64,000 nucleotides of DNA, taken from NCBI RefSeq assembly GCF_037042905.1, contig NC_087245.1:21888001-21952000 (forward strand), in the 5' to 3' direction. This document shows, one piece after another, positions 39,563 to 56,601 of this stretch (its first letter is position 1; the number at the start of each line of letters is the position of its first letter). This DNA comes from Lytechinus pictus (lineage: Eukaryota). Below the pieces are notes generated by a model. That model had not been told where the DNA came from. It made no database searches and saw only the letters and a program-made list of their open reading frames with translations. Made by a program: the position numbers and the translations under genes.

Positions 39563-42002
39563 AGGAGAAATATATTGAAAATCGTAAAAATGGAGAATCA
39601 TATATCAAATCAAAGGAGAAAATAAGGAGAACACGATGGTGTACATCATTTATCATGGAGACCGATGGAACTCAGTTAATTGATAGTTTAAAGTTCTCTC
39701 TCTGAATGCTTCAAACACGCAGAATTACGTCCGCGAAATTGGGGATTTTTTATGACGTCACTTTCTGTACGAGAGGCGTGATTGGCTCTCCCACGTGAAG
39801 CTCCACTTGCATGCAAAACCTGTTGCGAGGGTACGTTTTCTCCACATTGTCACTGAATACTTCGATCACGAAATGAAAGAAAACCCAGAATTTTATCTAG
39901 ATTTGGATTTTCAAATTGATGATTTTGAAGATGAAGAGAATGATGATGAAGTGAACAACAAAGTGACGTAGTTGGGGGTAAATTGGGGGAATCGATGATG
40001 AGGAGTCGGACAATTCAACTTGCAACACGATCACATGCCGATTCGCTATACCAACTCATGCAGCTGCTAAGTGCTAGCTACACCGCGCGTGCCAAATTGA
40101 ATTCACGAAAATGACTTACCACACTGTTCAGATAGAGTATCTTACTTCTGTGACTATGAAAAAGGAAAATAATGATAAAACTGTACTTACAAATAAGTGA
40201 ATGTAATCCGAACCTGAAGGCAAATCAACTCAACGAATAGCAGCAGACGATATGCACCGATGATAAACTTCATGTGGCTGGGATAGATTGTCACTCGTTC
40301 TGTTAGATGTAAATTTATCTCATTAATTTGACAAAATTACGAAACTCGGGGAATTATTTATCTATATAAAAATATAGTAACATCTCGTATAATTTTTAAA
40401 TTACGATAAAACGTTTTTGAAGGAAAACGTTGAGGTAAATTAAAATTAGATGTAAAAGATCCCCAACATGCGTAGCTTGATTGAGAGCTGTGCAACACGT
40501 GCATAGATCTAGTACCACACTTCCCTGGATCTACTCTCTCAAGCAATACGGCATGTTTGTGATTTTGATTACGATCACATATACGAGCTTTTAAAAGGTT
40601 TTATCGTAATTTAAAAAATAATACGAGATGTTACTATATTTTTATATAGATAAATAATTCCCCGAGTTTCGTAATTTTGTCAAATTAATGAGATAAAAAT
40701 TACATCTAGTGCCCGGGGGGGCCACTTACATTGACGAGTGGATACCATGCGCGACCAAAAAAACACGTAACAAGGATGTCCTTTTCACGATAGGGCACGT
40801 TACGTACGTAACGTGATAAGGGTGTCAAAAACACAAAAATAATGAAAAAAGGGTGTCTATTTCGGTAGGAAAATTACGTGTTTAGGGTCGAATTTGCGGG
40901 AATGATGAAACAAAATTAAAATGTTTTATAAAGGATGTCCATTTTGCCCCAACACTTCGTGTTTAGAGTCCGATTTGCGCGAGGTGTAGAAGGTGGGGTC
41001 GTACTAAACCAAATAAGGTAAAGCCGACGACCGAAGGACCCGTAACAATAAAACATTCCTGTACTTGTTTAGGGGTTCATTTCAGGGAATATTTGCCAAG
41101 AGTATCGTTTTGTTTCCAATACTTGTTAAGGGTAGGGTTTCACACGCCAATACTTGTTAAGGGGTGCATTTTCAGAATATGGAAATTACGTGTTTAGGGT
41201 GCTTTTCGAGACCCCATGGTCGCGCATGGTATCCACTCGTCAATGGAAGTGGCCCCCCCGGGATCTAGTGACAATCTATCCCAGCCACATGAAGTTTATC
41301 GTCGGTGCATATCGTCTGCTGCTATTCGTTGAGTTGCCTTCAGGTTCGGATTACATTCACTTGTTTGTAAGTACAGTTTTATCATTATTTTCCTCCTTCA
41401 TAGTCACAGAGGTAAGAGACTCTGTCTGGACAGTGTGGTAATTCATTTTCATGAATTCAATTTGGCCCGCGCGGTGTAGCTAGCACTTAGCAGCTGCATG
41501 GGTTAGGTAGCGAATCGGCATGTGATCATGTTGCAAGTTGAATTGTCCGACTCATCATCATCGGCGTAATTCCCCCAATTTACCTCCAACTACGTCACTT
41601 TGTTGTTCATTTCATCATCATTCTCTTCATCTTCAAAATCATCAATTTGAAAATCCAAATCTAGATAAAATTCTGGGTTTTCTTTCATTTCGTACGTGAC
41701 CGAAGTATTCAGTGACAGTGTGGAGAAAACGTACCCTCGCAACAGGTTTTGCATGCAAGTGGAGCTTCACGTGGGAGAGCCAATCACGCCTCTCGTACAG
41801 AAAGTGACGTCATCAAATTCAAGTCAATTCAGAGACCGATGCGAGGCATATTTCGGAGAGGCATTTTGAGCGTTTTTTAATCGGCGATTTTCACCTTATG
41901 TATTATTTTCGTTATTTTTGAATGACCCACCGATAATGCCCAAATCATTACCTTTCCATTGACATATAATAAGACCACATTCATAATCAATATAGTTCTC
42001 CT
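39563..42002. mobile_element. 2.4-kb TTAA-flanked (Kolobok-like) element with a long internal inverted repeat
   Basis: TTAA|AGGAGAAATATATTGA...TCAATATAGTTCTCCT|TTAA. It is absent at the equivalent unit-1 site (about 31233). The arm at about 39752-40420 is inverted at about 40595-41813. Confidence 0.88.
40712..41262. mobile_element. MITE with about 45-bp TIRs and an 8-bp TSD
   Basis: CCCGGGGGGGCCACTTACATTGACGAGTGGATACCATGCGCGACCA and its inverse; TSD ATCTAGTG. Confidence 0.9.
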
Positions 42003-42386
42003 TTAAATGTTCTTCTTTCGTACATTTTCCCGCTTTCCTTCCTTTTCCATTAAAAAAAGTTGTTTCTTCGTTTTCTTTTCACTTTTCCCTTTCCTTCCCC
42101 TTTCCCTTTCTTTCTCCCTCCTTTTTTTCTTTTTCCCGTTTTTATTTTATTTTCCCGGTGAAATCCGCCAGGGGGCAACTTGCCCCCCTGCCCCCCCCCC
42201 TGCCTGTTACGCCACTGATAGAGCTACTCCCCAGGGCTCAAACTCCGAAGTAGATGTTGCTGGATCCTTGAGTATGTAGCAATCTGCCCTTCGCAATCCA
42301 TACTCGCCATACACCTCGAGGAAAGCCCTGTTGGAACCTTGGATATCATGGTTAGCTATTATCCACAGCTAGCCTTCTTGGTCACA

Positions 42387-45295
<2,909 letters not shown>

Positions 45296-45973
45296 ACTCT
45301 ATCCGCCTCCTTGATAGGTATCCGTCGAATGAGACGGCCGGTAGAACTGAACACTCGGACCTCCCCTTGCGCCAACACCAATATCACATTTCCTTCCTTG
45401 GACAAACCCATGCTAGAGACATCGCGCAAGTCGTCGGAAGCAAGGGGAATGACGGCCGTAGGCTCACCGCCCTCGGTGGGAAATTTCAAGAACTTTGCGG
45501 CACGAGGATAGAGCACATATACATGGTTGTCCTTGTCCGTTGCTATGTATTCTGCAAATTCATCGCAAGCACTTATCTGGAACATGACTTCTTGTCTTTG
45601 ACCTTGTTGGTTGTAAATATTGACCGTGTTCCTATCCGACAGCGCGACGATACGGCCATCCGACAGAGCAGCTACATACCTGGCGGAGACAATTGGTCTA
45701 ACGTTGTCGATGTTGCCATCAGGACTGAGAATCTCGACCCGTCTATCTTTATAAAGCACCAGGATCCTTCCGTTCGGGTAAGGTGTCATCATTTCCGGTT
45801 CACCGGATAATTGCCCACGTTCGGTCAGAAGTCTTTCCGTCGGCCGGTTAAGTTTTATCACTGTGAGGATCGAGAAAGAAGGTACTTATCAAACCATTCT
45901 TTAGCTAGGCTACATACTTGAAATATCAGAAAGCTCAATCTACTGCTAATCCATGATGTGTGAACTTCTATTA

Positions 45974-48900
45974 TAGTCCAGGATAGGCCCCATAGAAACT
46001 TGACCAAACCTTGTTTTTTTATATATACAATATTTTTTTTACAGTTTCTAGTCAATTCGAGGGTGCTGATTACGAATCTGGATGATGCCACTCGTGTAAC
46101 CTTGATCATTTTCCGCAAATTGGCAAAATCCAATATGGCCGCCAAAATATGCAAATTACCCATGAAAATCCTAAAATTGTCCGCACATTGGCTATGAAAT
46201 GCATGAAATTGTGTGGCAGGAGTGAAATACTCTCTGAAAAAATAATTTTTAACAAAATATTTATTTTCCTGATATTCAAAATGGCCACCATAGGCCATTG
46301 TATACTCTATTATGTACAATATGTACACCATTCTACATGAACAAATGTTTAGAATTAATAAACTATAATCTAAATGTGGGGACATGAGTTGTAAGGCTTT
46401 TCATTAATTTAGATAAAAATCTTAGATAAAAGATAAAAATAAAAGTGAATTAGCATTTAGAGGGAGTGCGTAAAAAAATGGCTTCGATATAGCATTGTCT
46501 TTCACATTCTCCCTTTGCAATAGATCACTAAGGCATAACCTTGTTTTTTTTTTATATATACAATATTTTTTGATGGTTTCTTGTCAATTCGAGGGTGCTG
46601 ATTCCGAATCTGAATGATGCCACTCGTGTAACCTTGAGCATTTCCCGCAAATTGGCAAAATCCAATATGGCCGCCAAAATATGCAAATTACCCATGAAAA
46701 TCCTAAAATTGTCCACACATTGGCTATGAAATGCATGAAATTGTGTGGCAGGAGTGATATACTCTCTGAAAAAATAATTTTTGACAAAATATTTATTTTC
46801 CTGATATTCAAAATGGCCACCATAGGCCATTGTATACTCTATTATGTACAATATGAATAGGGAAAACTAATTTTCACAAAAATTAGCACCAAAGTGCAAA
46901 AAATCGCGATGTATGAACGAAGTAATATATGCAAATCATCATTACTAACGAGATATATCATTTATTATTTCATATATGGGGATATTGCTGTATTTTGATG
47001 TCTAAAATAGCCGCCACTGGCCCAAAGAGTACGTACAATGGCAATGGCCGGGGCCAAAAAAATGACAAGAGTGAGCACTAAAATGCATATTATTAGGATA
47101 AACGAGTGGAATGCTGACTAAAAACATAATCGTTAACGAAATATATTATTAATATGCCATGTATGTGATGAATGTTTTATTTTGATATTCAAAATGGCTG
47201 CCAAAGGCCCTAAAAAGTATTATGCACAATGAGAAAGAGGAGCAAAGAAATCACAAGAGAGAGCACTAAAATGCATATATATGTGATAAATCAATGGGAT
47301 ACTGTCTAAAAACATATTTTCTAACGAAATGTATCATTCAGGTTTCAAGTTTGTGTTAAATACTGTATTTTGACTTTCAAAATGGCCGCCAGCCAAAGGC
47401 CCTATATTTATCATGTACAATGCGAATGGACAAACTAATTTTCACAAGAGTGAGAGTCATAAAATGCATATAACTGTGATATACGAGTAAAAATATTGTC
47501 TTAAACATGATTTCTAACTAAATACATCACATATTGGTCGTGGAGGTAATAAATACTGTACTTTGAAATCCAAAATGGCTGCCATAGGTCCTAAAAGTAT
47601 TGTGTACATTGTAACATGGGACATATAACTTTGACAGAATTTGGCTTTGCTTGACTCTAAATATTGCATATGATTGTGAATTGTGAATTGTGAAAGGGTG
47701 AAATATTGTCTAAAACCATGGTTTCTACCGAGATATATCATATCATGTGTAATTAAGTTGATAAATGCTGCATTTTTAAATTGAAAATGGCCACCATAGG
47801 CCCTTATACGGTATAATATACAATTTGAGTGGAGATAAACAATGTTCACAAAATGGGCATATGGCAGCCATTTTGAATGTTGAAATACAGTTTGTATCAC
47901 CTAAATTACATAAGATATGATATATTTTGTTATAAATCATGTTTTCAGACAATATTTCACTCATACATCACCATTTGGCCAAGCAAAGCCAAATTCTGTT
48001 GAAATAATTTGTCCCCATTCACATTGTGCATAATACCATAAGGGCCTGTAGCGGCCATTTTGACTTCCCAATAACAGTATTTATCACCTAACTGGCAGAA
48101 TAAATGATATATCTTAATAGAAATTATGCTTTCAGACAATATTTTACTCATTGATCACTATTACGTGCATTTATGGTGCTTACTCCTGTGAATATTGGTT
48201 TCCCACTTTGCATTGTACATAATACGGTTAATGTCTATGGCGGCCATTTTGAAAGTCAAAATACAGTATTTAACACAAACTTGAAACCTGAATGATACAT
48301 TTCGTTAGAAAATATGTTTTTAGACAGTATCCCATTAATTTATCACATATATATGCATTTTAGTGCTCTCTCTTGTGATTTCTTTGCTCCTCTTTCTCAT
48401 TGTGCATAATACTTTTTAGGGCCTTTGGCAGCCATTTTGAATATCAAAATAAAACATTCATCACATACATGGCATATTAATAATATATTTCGTTAACAAT
48501 TATGTTTTTAGTCAGTATTTCACTCGTTTAATCTTAATAATATGCATTTTAGTGATCACTCTTGTAAATTTTTTGGCCCCCATTGCCATTGTACGCAATA
48601 CTGTTTGGGCCAGTGGCGGCTATTTTAGATATAAAAATTCAGAAATGTTCGCATATATGACATAATAAATGATATATCTCGTTAGTAATGATGATTTGCA
48701 TATATTACTTCGTTCATACATCGCGATTTTTTGCACTTTAGTGCTAATTTTTGTGAAAATTAGTTTCCCCTATTCATATTGTACATAATAGAGTATACAA
48801 GGGCCTATGGCGGCCATTTTGAATATCAGGAAAATAAATATGTTGTCAAAAGTTATTTTTTCAGAGAGTATTTCACTCCTGCTACACAATTTCATGCATT

Positions 48901-49115
48901 TCATAGCCAATGTGTGGACAATTTTAGGATTTTCATGGGTAATTTGCATATTTTGGCGGCCATATTGGATTTTGCCAATTTGCGGGAAATGCTCAAGGTT
49001 ACACGAGTGGCATCATTCAGATTCAGAATCAGCACCCTCGAATTGACAAGAAACCATCAAAAAATATTGTATATATAAAAAAAAAACAAGGTTATGCCTC
49101 TTCTATCCTGGACTA
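45974..49115. mobile_element. non-autonomous Academ-like foldback element in the TRIM intron
   Basis: Termini TAGTCCAGGATAG / CTATCCTGGACTA and 3-bp TSD TTA. The kb-long inverted arms are built of subrepeats of about 190 bp carrying AAAATGGCCGCC-like motifs. Confidence 0.8.
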
Positions 49116-51043
49116 TTAGTGATCTATTGCAAAGGGAGAAGGTGAAAGACAATGCTATATCGAAGCAATTTTTTAACGCACTTCCTCTAAATGCTAATTC
49201 ACTTTTATTTTTATCTTTTATTTAAGATTTTTATCTAAATTAATGAAAAGCCTTACAACTCATGTCCCCACATTTAGATTATAGTTTATTAATTCTAAAC
49301 ATTTGTTCATGTAGAATGGTGTATGCTTTACAAATATCCAGGACACCGTGGTTGACAAAACCATAAAGGCCAAGCCTGCAGTATACAAGAACATAAACAA
49401 AATACATGTAGGCATAAATAAATAAATAAATAAATACTAAAAAAATATAATGCCTGAAAAGTTTCAGCACGAATTACAACGTTTCAATTATTTTGCTGAC
49501 TTATGATACACGAAAATGTTCATATCCGGAACGGTTCAAATAATATTTGAAAGATAAATCAAATTCAGCGATCAGTGTCTTATTACTGTGATTTTAATTC
49601 TTGAGGTTGAATCTAACATGATCATTATGAAGTATAAATTAAAAAAGATTAACATCAAACCAGTAAAATCAAATTTTGGATTTCCTCTTTTATATCCAAT
49701 TAACAATGTTCCCATGCTTATCAAAATTTTCATCTTCTTTGAATATCCTGGATATGATTTTCTAGCAGACTTTAAACTTTCGACAAAAGTACAGAAAACT
49801 AATGGTCTTCATTTCATCAAATGTTTCACATTAAATTGTATTTACAAATTTCCACTTGTACAGATATCTCGAGAAGGTATGTTAGTGTCTGAAGTTGAAC
49901 TGTGTGAAATGGTTATTCTCTATCTTTTTAGATATAAAATAAAAATGTGTCTCTACAAACAAGATCCACCGAAAATTTTAGTTTTCCCAAAATTTCCAAT
50001 GTCAAAGAAAATCAGCATTTCTTTTCTGAAAAAAAAAACCAGCCAGTAATAATCATTAGCTTTGGTACAAGTTGTAATCACACTCTCTAAGTTTCTAATA
50101 ATTTCGTCAGATGTGATATAATTAGAAAGCTTAAGTATTATTCTTTACAATGATGTGTCACTGGCTATGTTAATGTAATCATGGAATGTGTACACTCGAA
50201 AAATATGCAATTGCAGCTCCAATAATGAAAGAAATGTCGCAAAATTCTTTTTTCTTCAGTAGTGATTTCGAGGACGGATTGGGTTGAAATGACACTGATG
50301 TGATGATACATGAAAGTCCACACATTTGTAATCTCATTTACAAAATGGGACTGAATATGTATAGAATAATGTAATTTTAACAATTTTCAAAGTGTGAAAC
50401 AAATTTGAGATGTTGGATTCATGGTTCAACATTCAAAATTTTCGTAAACTTTCATGATTGAGGAATGATATATCTTTTTCATAATGTGGAAATTGAATCA
50501 TAGGAAAATTTCGTTATCACTGTTTACAATGAGGTGCTGTTTGTCATCGATGTAACCAAGGAATGTGCAGTTACCATATGTAGAGAGAAATGTCAGAATT
50601 GTTGCGAATACATTGTATTCTAACAAAAGTCAATTTATTTAAATATCCAATGGGATTGATCCATGTGAAGTGAATTAGTGTGTATGAATATAGTGAATGC
50701 TTTCTTATCTCTTGAATTTAAAAAGAAAAGAAAAAAACAATGTAACAACAACTAAAATATATGTTAACACCATATTTCTTAATTTAAAATGGAATACCAT
50801 CATCCAGGATCATTCAACCTCAGTCCAGCCTCGAATTCACAACTGAAAACAATGAATTTTGCAACATTTCGTTTTTTACACTGCTTCATATCAGGACAAT
50901 TCCCTAATGTCATCAATACATAAGCATAAAGATTATTATTTATCAATCATTAAAAAAAAACATCTCACGATACCATCTGATGGAGCAATAAGATATTCCC
51001 AAGACTTGAGGTTATTATTTTATTGCGATTTCAGTGACATTAC

Positions 51044-52055
51044 CTGGATTTAGAATGGATTCTCCTTGTGCATGTTGGTCGTGTTGATCCTTCTTCTGAT
51101 ACCAAACGGTACCCAACTTAGGCACATCAATGATTGAATTAGCACTCCTTCGGAAGCACATCGACTTAATCAATGAAATCTGTTTTTTCGCCGCAGTACT
51201 AGAAGGAAGTCCGTAGTCCAACCGGTTACAGAGGCTCTTCATCCAGTCCTGGTAATTGAGCAGTATTTCCCGATGGTCGTTGGTGTCTACCAAAGCTTCG
51301 CCAAATTCGACGTCATCAAGCACCTGTGACATGGCTTCCGCTAGTGGTACCAATACACCATCTAAAACCTGGACGAATTCCTCTCTTCTGGTAACTACCT
51401 CTGCCATTAGGGCCTCCTTCTTAGCTTCTAGTTTATTGGTTATGGTGTCAATATTAGTCGAATAAGACGTTGTAATAGCCTCTTTTATTTCATCCAACCT
51501 CTTGTTTCCTTCTGCTCTCTTCTCCCCGTATTCCTTACTGAAATTCCTATGGGATTGCAGCCAAGACGTTGCATTGGATATCAGGTTATTGATTTCATTC
51601 GCCTTGGATTTAGATGCATCTTCCACGTTCTTGATCAAGAAGGTGTGTCCATAATGTTTACACAGAGCACATTCACTGCAGATTATTTTGTTGCATTTCT
51701 CACAGTAGAACTTCGTCTCGATGCCATGGTCCACACAAACGTCTTCCTTCTGCTCAACGACTGGTCCTGGGAGGTCATGATGCAAGAGTTCTTCAACTAT
51801 TCCGTTCACTATGAAATTCGACTTCAATGTGTCGGCTTTACGCCCGGCTTGGAAACGTGTAACCTTGCGGCATATGGGACACCTGATGCATACGCTCGGG
51901 CCGTTCCAAACTTGATTCGTCTGATCGAGAAGGCGATTGATGCAGCCTTCACAAAATGTATGCAAACAGTCCAGGTATTTGGCACTTTCATACGGACAAC
52001 TGCAGATCCCACATTCGACATGATCCGACAGGGCTTCAATAAACTTCTCTGCCAT
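51044..52055 (-). CDS. TRIM exon 1 (RING, B-box, coiled coil)
   Basis: ATG in ACAATCATGG context and canonical Zn-ligand spacing. Confidence 0.92.
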
Positions 52056-52375
52056 GATTGTCAAAACAAAATGAAGCAATAGATCTCGCGTCTGAAAATG
52101 TTGATCTTACAAACGCTACAAACCAATGTTCGTAGCCCGTCAAGACCAGTCGGATGAGGCTTCACATCCGAATGTGGTTGTCATTGTGTTGGCATGTAAT
52201 GGGTATTTTAACGATGCCGAAGTTATGGTTGGGTGCACCGTGTTCGTATGAGTGAATGGAATTTGAAACTTTCTCTCAGCCATGGAAAAACTTTATAACT
52301 CCTTTTGTTTCTATTGTCCACGTGCAAATAGGATAGGAGACAATGAACCGGCGACGATTTAACTTTAAACCCTAA

Positions 52376-55300
52376 TAGCCCAGTCATTTTAGCCCAAATT
52401 TTGACCAAACTTGGAACAAATTGCAACATAATTTTTTTCACCACAATGCATTTCTGTAAGGTCCCTAGTACAACATACTAAAAGTCCCAAACTATCCGAA
52501 TAGGGGAAAGGCATCTAATTTGCATAAATCCAAGATGGCTGCCAAAATTAATTGATATGCCTTATCCTTAATATTTTTTGCACAGATAATGTGAAAATCT
52601 TAAATGAATACACAATTCACGATGATTAAGATATTATATATCGATTGCAATAGTTTTCGGGACTGTCCGGTTAATATTTTTAGAAAAATGTGGGAATTTA
52701 TGCCAAAATTTTTATGTTTTCTGTCAAAAATTTGCATGTACGTTGATATCTTTCTGTTTTATCATTAGCATAAACAATTAATGCAAAATGTCAGCATTCG
52801 ACAGGAAAGGGGATATATCAAGGAGAAAATTGATATGCTTCATGACAGTATTAATGTCTTGCTTAGATTAAGGGCAAATACATTCGAATGTTTTACTCGA
52901 TATTGCAATAAAGTGACACCAAAAACCAACATCCGTGTCTTAGTCACACTTTTGATATCGACTACAACGCGATCGCTGGCATGCCTAGAGATTACAATAG
53001 ATAATAAATCAGTCTTGCCTCGCCTTTGTTGGTGTGACTAACACTCATAAATGCAAGAGTGCGTATAGCAATAGAAAGGTGTATATGGTATGTGGGCAAA
53101 GGGCATTTTCTACATATCAAAGCAACTTTTATGTTAATGAAATCTCTTGGAAAAGTTAGAGGATGCATTGCTCTGCATGCTGCATGCAATTACGTTCAAG
53201 AACATTAAAACATAACCCGCAATAGCCTGTCGAATGTATTCCCCTTATCCGTAGATACTGTTAAAATATCGTGCTTGTTAATTGGAGCCCCCAATGTGAC
53301 AAAGTAGTTTTTTGCTACAAAGAAAAACAACTTTTATTATCTTTCAATCAGTTGAGGGAAAATGAGAAGGCTTTTTGCCATCAGTTACATAAAAAGAAGT
53401 GATGGCACAGCAAATCCTACCCCCTCAGCGATCTGCCGAAGTCACCAACCCCTTTATGCATTTTGCCCATTTCTTGGAAAATTCGGCATTTTCGCCCCAT
53501 TAAGGCAAAAGGCGTTTCCCCTTTGCAATAAACCCCTTTTATTGTTTTGTAAGCACTTGGGGATGGAAAAATAGACTTTCCTCTATCAGCTAAATATAAA
53601 GAAGTGCTGGCACAGCAAAGCCTATCCCCTACGGGGTTTGCCAAACTCACTCACCCCTTTTCCATATTTTGCCAATTTATGGAAAAATCTATAAATCTAG
53701 AGCCCTCATTGAGGTAAAAATATGTTTCTGCTATAGTGTAAGCCACTCTTATTGTTTTAAAACACTTGGAAACGAAAAAGCAGCCTTTCCTCTATCTGCT
53801 TCGTATAAAGAAGTGCTGGATTATCAAAGCCTACATCCCTCAGGGGGCTGCCGATATCACCCCACCCTTTTGGCGTATTTTGCCAAATTCTTGGAAAATC
53901 GTCATTTTGGAGCCCAATTGAGGCAAAAGGCGTTTCCCCCTTTGCAGTAGACCACTTTTATTGTTTTTAATCACTCGGAAATTACAGAATTTGATTTTCC
54001 TCTATCAGTTAAATATAAAGAAGTGCTGGCACAGCAAAGCCTATCCCCTACGGGGTTTGCCAAACTCACTCACTCCTTTTCCATATTTTGCCAATTTATG
54101 GAAAAATCTATAAATCTAGAGCCCTCATTGAGGTAAAAAGATGTTTCTTCTATAGTGTAAGCCACTCTAATTGTTTTAAAACACTTGGAAACGAAAGAGC
54201 AGCCTTTCCTCTATCTGCTTCGTATAAAGAAGTGCTGGCATATCAAAGCCTACATCCCTCAGGGGGCTGCCGATATCACCCCACCCCTTTGGCGTATTTT
54301 GCCAAATTCTTGGAAAAATCGTAATTTTGGAGCCCAATTGAGGCAAAAGGCGTTTCCCCCTTTGCAGTAGACCACTTTTATTGTTTTTAATCACTCGGAA
54401 ATTACAGAATTTGATTTTCCTCTATCAGCTACATACAAAGAAGTGCTGGCACAGCAAACCCTACCTCTAAAGGGTTTGCCGAAGTCACCCAACCCTTTTC
54501 CATATTTTGCCTCCTAATTAATTTATTGGGAAAACCTGCCAATTTGGAGCCCCTATTGAGGCAAAACGTTATTTCTGCTCTATAGCAAACCTCTTTCATT
54601 TTTTTCTTAACCACTTGGATATAAAAAAGTAGATATTCCTCTATCAGATACATATGAAGAAGTGCTTTCTCAACAAAGCCTACCCCCTTTGGCATGTCAG
54701 CGGTTCCCGAAGTCTCCCCACCATTTTGTCTATTTTCCCTCTTTATTTAAACAAAATCGTAGTTTTTTTACCCCCCCCCCCCCTTAAGGCAAAAGGCATT
54801 TCTGCTATATGCATTTCTGCTATATGCTGTTTGCTTCTGCATTTCTGTCACTTTTATTATTTGAAACCACTTGAAGATAAATAGGTTTCGTCTATCAGCG
54901 CATCGACCCCTTCCTTCTTTAGGGGCTCCAAATTGACAGATTTTCCCATAAATTGGCAAAATACAGAAAAGGGGTCAGTGACTTCGGTAGTGTAATAGTA
55001 GTATAATAAGATGTGGTAGGTCTAATAGCTATATTTCATTTTTCTTTTGAACTCTGAGATCGAGCAGGCAGAAAATGTCATTACTTGGTGTACAACGCTA
55101 TGTGACTAGCACATGATAGTTTCCGTGCCTAGACCCTTTCATATTAAACAATTAATACAGTCCAAACATAATCGAATTTATGCATTTAATGTTAATAGTA
55201 ACAGTTTTCTTGTAGTATAATTCTTTGCTTACTGATATTTATAATATAGCTATAGTTTGAGGAAGCCAATGTTTATAGAAGCAATAAGTATCGAGTCCGG

Positions 55301-55541
55301 AATTGATATAATTTCCAATCGGGTCTGAGTACATAGTTTACACTGGCGTCGTCTGCTACGTAAACTAAATGAGCGAATATGACCAAAACTAACCATTATG
55401 TTTATGCAAATTAGAACACTTTCCCCTATTCGGATTTCTGGGGACTTTTAGTATGGTCTTCAATGGACCTTAAAGAAATGTTCTGCATTGGAATAAATTC
55501 TGTTGCAATTTGTTCCAAGTAAAAATTTAATGACTGGACTA
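52376..55541. mobile_element. second Academ-like non-autonomous element
   Basis: Termini TAGCCCAGTCATT / AATGACTGGACTA, TSD TAA, and imperfect inverted arms of about 150 bp. Confidence 0.72.
53370..54900. repeat. tandem array of about 210-bp units with a 419-bp dimeric higher-order unit
   Basis: CCTCTATC.GCT...AAAGAAGTGCTGG recurs at about 53580, 53789, 53999, 54208, 54419 and 54638. Alternate units are nearly identical. Confidence 0.88.
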
Positions 55542-55905
55542 TAACCATGCAAACCAGGCCCGGCTTTTTTTGTTCTCTGGCCGGGGGGTTGGGGTGACTA
55601 TACCCCCCCCCCCCCTCCCCTTCAGATCTTGGCCGCCGCAAAAATTGTAGTAGTGTGCGATGTAATCTACAAGGCTGTAATATGGCCTGTAAATTTTTTT
55701 CCCCGAAATAATTATATTTCTTTTTATATGAATTCAGTAATTTACGCATAAATCATATTCTTTAAAAGATCTCCTAAAATGTAATTTTTGTTGTAAATAT
55801 TCTTTGTAGCATTCCTACCAATTGTGTAAACTAAAAATAGGATTGAAAAACAATTTCTTATGTATTTTATCGTTTTATGAATTTCTGTATTGTGCATTTC
55901 CATGC

Positions 55906-56335
55906 TTTTTTATACGCCCGTCCTAGGCGGGGACGTATTATGGTATCATGCTCGGTGTCCGTCCGTCCGTCTGTCCGTTAACCTTTCCTTGTAAACGCGA
56001 TAATTCAGTTTGACTTAACCTAGGCTCATATAATTTGTTGTGTATAATACTAACATAAATTCCAGGAAGCTCATTGATTTTGAGGTCAAAAAGTCAAAGG
56101 TCAAGGTCACGGTGACATGTTTTCATCTTACCCTTCTGCAGTCCTTGTAAATGCGATAACTTCAGTTTAACTTAACCTAGGCTCATATAATTTGGTGTGT
56201 ATGATACTAGCATAATTTCCAGGACGCCTATTGATTTTGAGATCATAAGGTCAAAGGTTAAGATCACAGTGACATGTTTTCATCTTACCCTTCTAAAGTC
56301 CTTGTTAACGCGATAACTTTAGTTATCGCGTTAAC
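55906..56335 (+). mobile_element. Helentron-associated (HINE/DINE-like) element with a (GTCC)n tract and 156-bp tandem core
   Basis: TTTTTATACGCCCGTC start, (GTCC)n microsatellite, and repeats at 55987, 56143 and 56300 containing AAGGTCAAAGGTCAAGGTCAC-like motifs. The 3' end is unresolved. Confidence 0.6.
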
Positions 56336-56601
56336 TCATCATCTTTCTAAATTTCTTGTATACAGTATACTCATGACTACCTTTCTTCCTCATAACTGAT
56401 TTCCATCACCTTCTCGGTATTATGATGCTTTCTCCAAAAGCACAAAATACACACACAGGCGCGTGCGCACCTACAACTCACATCCACCCACCCACAATTT
56501 TTGTTAAACACGAGCACACCTTGGTATCAATAATGCATAGAGCATTTTCATGTATTTGATAAATGATAAAAGAGCAATGGAGATAAAAATGCCTTGGTCA
56601 A

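Larger units (their letters stand above)
34037..42217. mobile_element. 8.2-kb hAT-like composite element, copy 2
   Basis: Same TIRs and ATAGAGCT TSD as copy 1. Confidence 0.92.
31624..42386. repeat. tandem segmental duplication, unit 2
   Basis: Collinear with unit 1, plus a private 2.4-kb insertion. Confidence 0.93.

Noticed and set aside
25320..42217. Two composite elements as independent transpositions
   Set aside because: Identical site, TSD and flanks show segmental duplication.
45858..49078. Repeated ORFs of the MAYGGHFEYQ/MAAILN type
   Set aside because: They are chance frames in the inverted arms of the Academ-like element, with no transposase motifs.
53370..54900. CRISPR-like regularly spaced repeats
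   Set aside because: The whole 210-bp units are homologous, there are no unique spacers or cas genes, and the context is eukaryotic.
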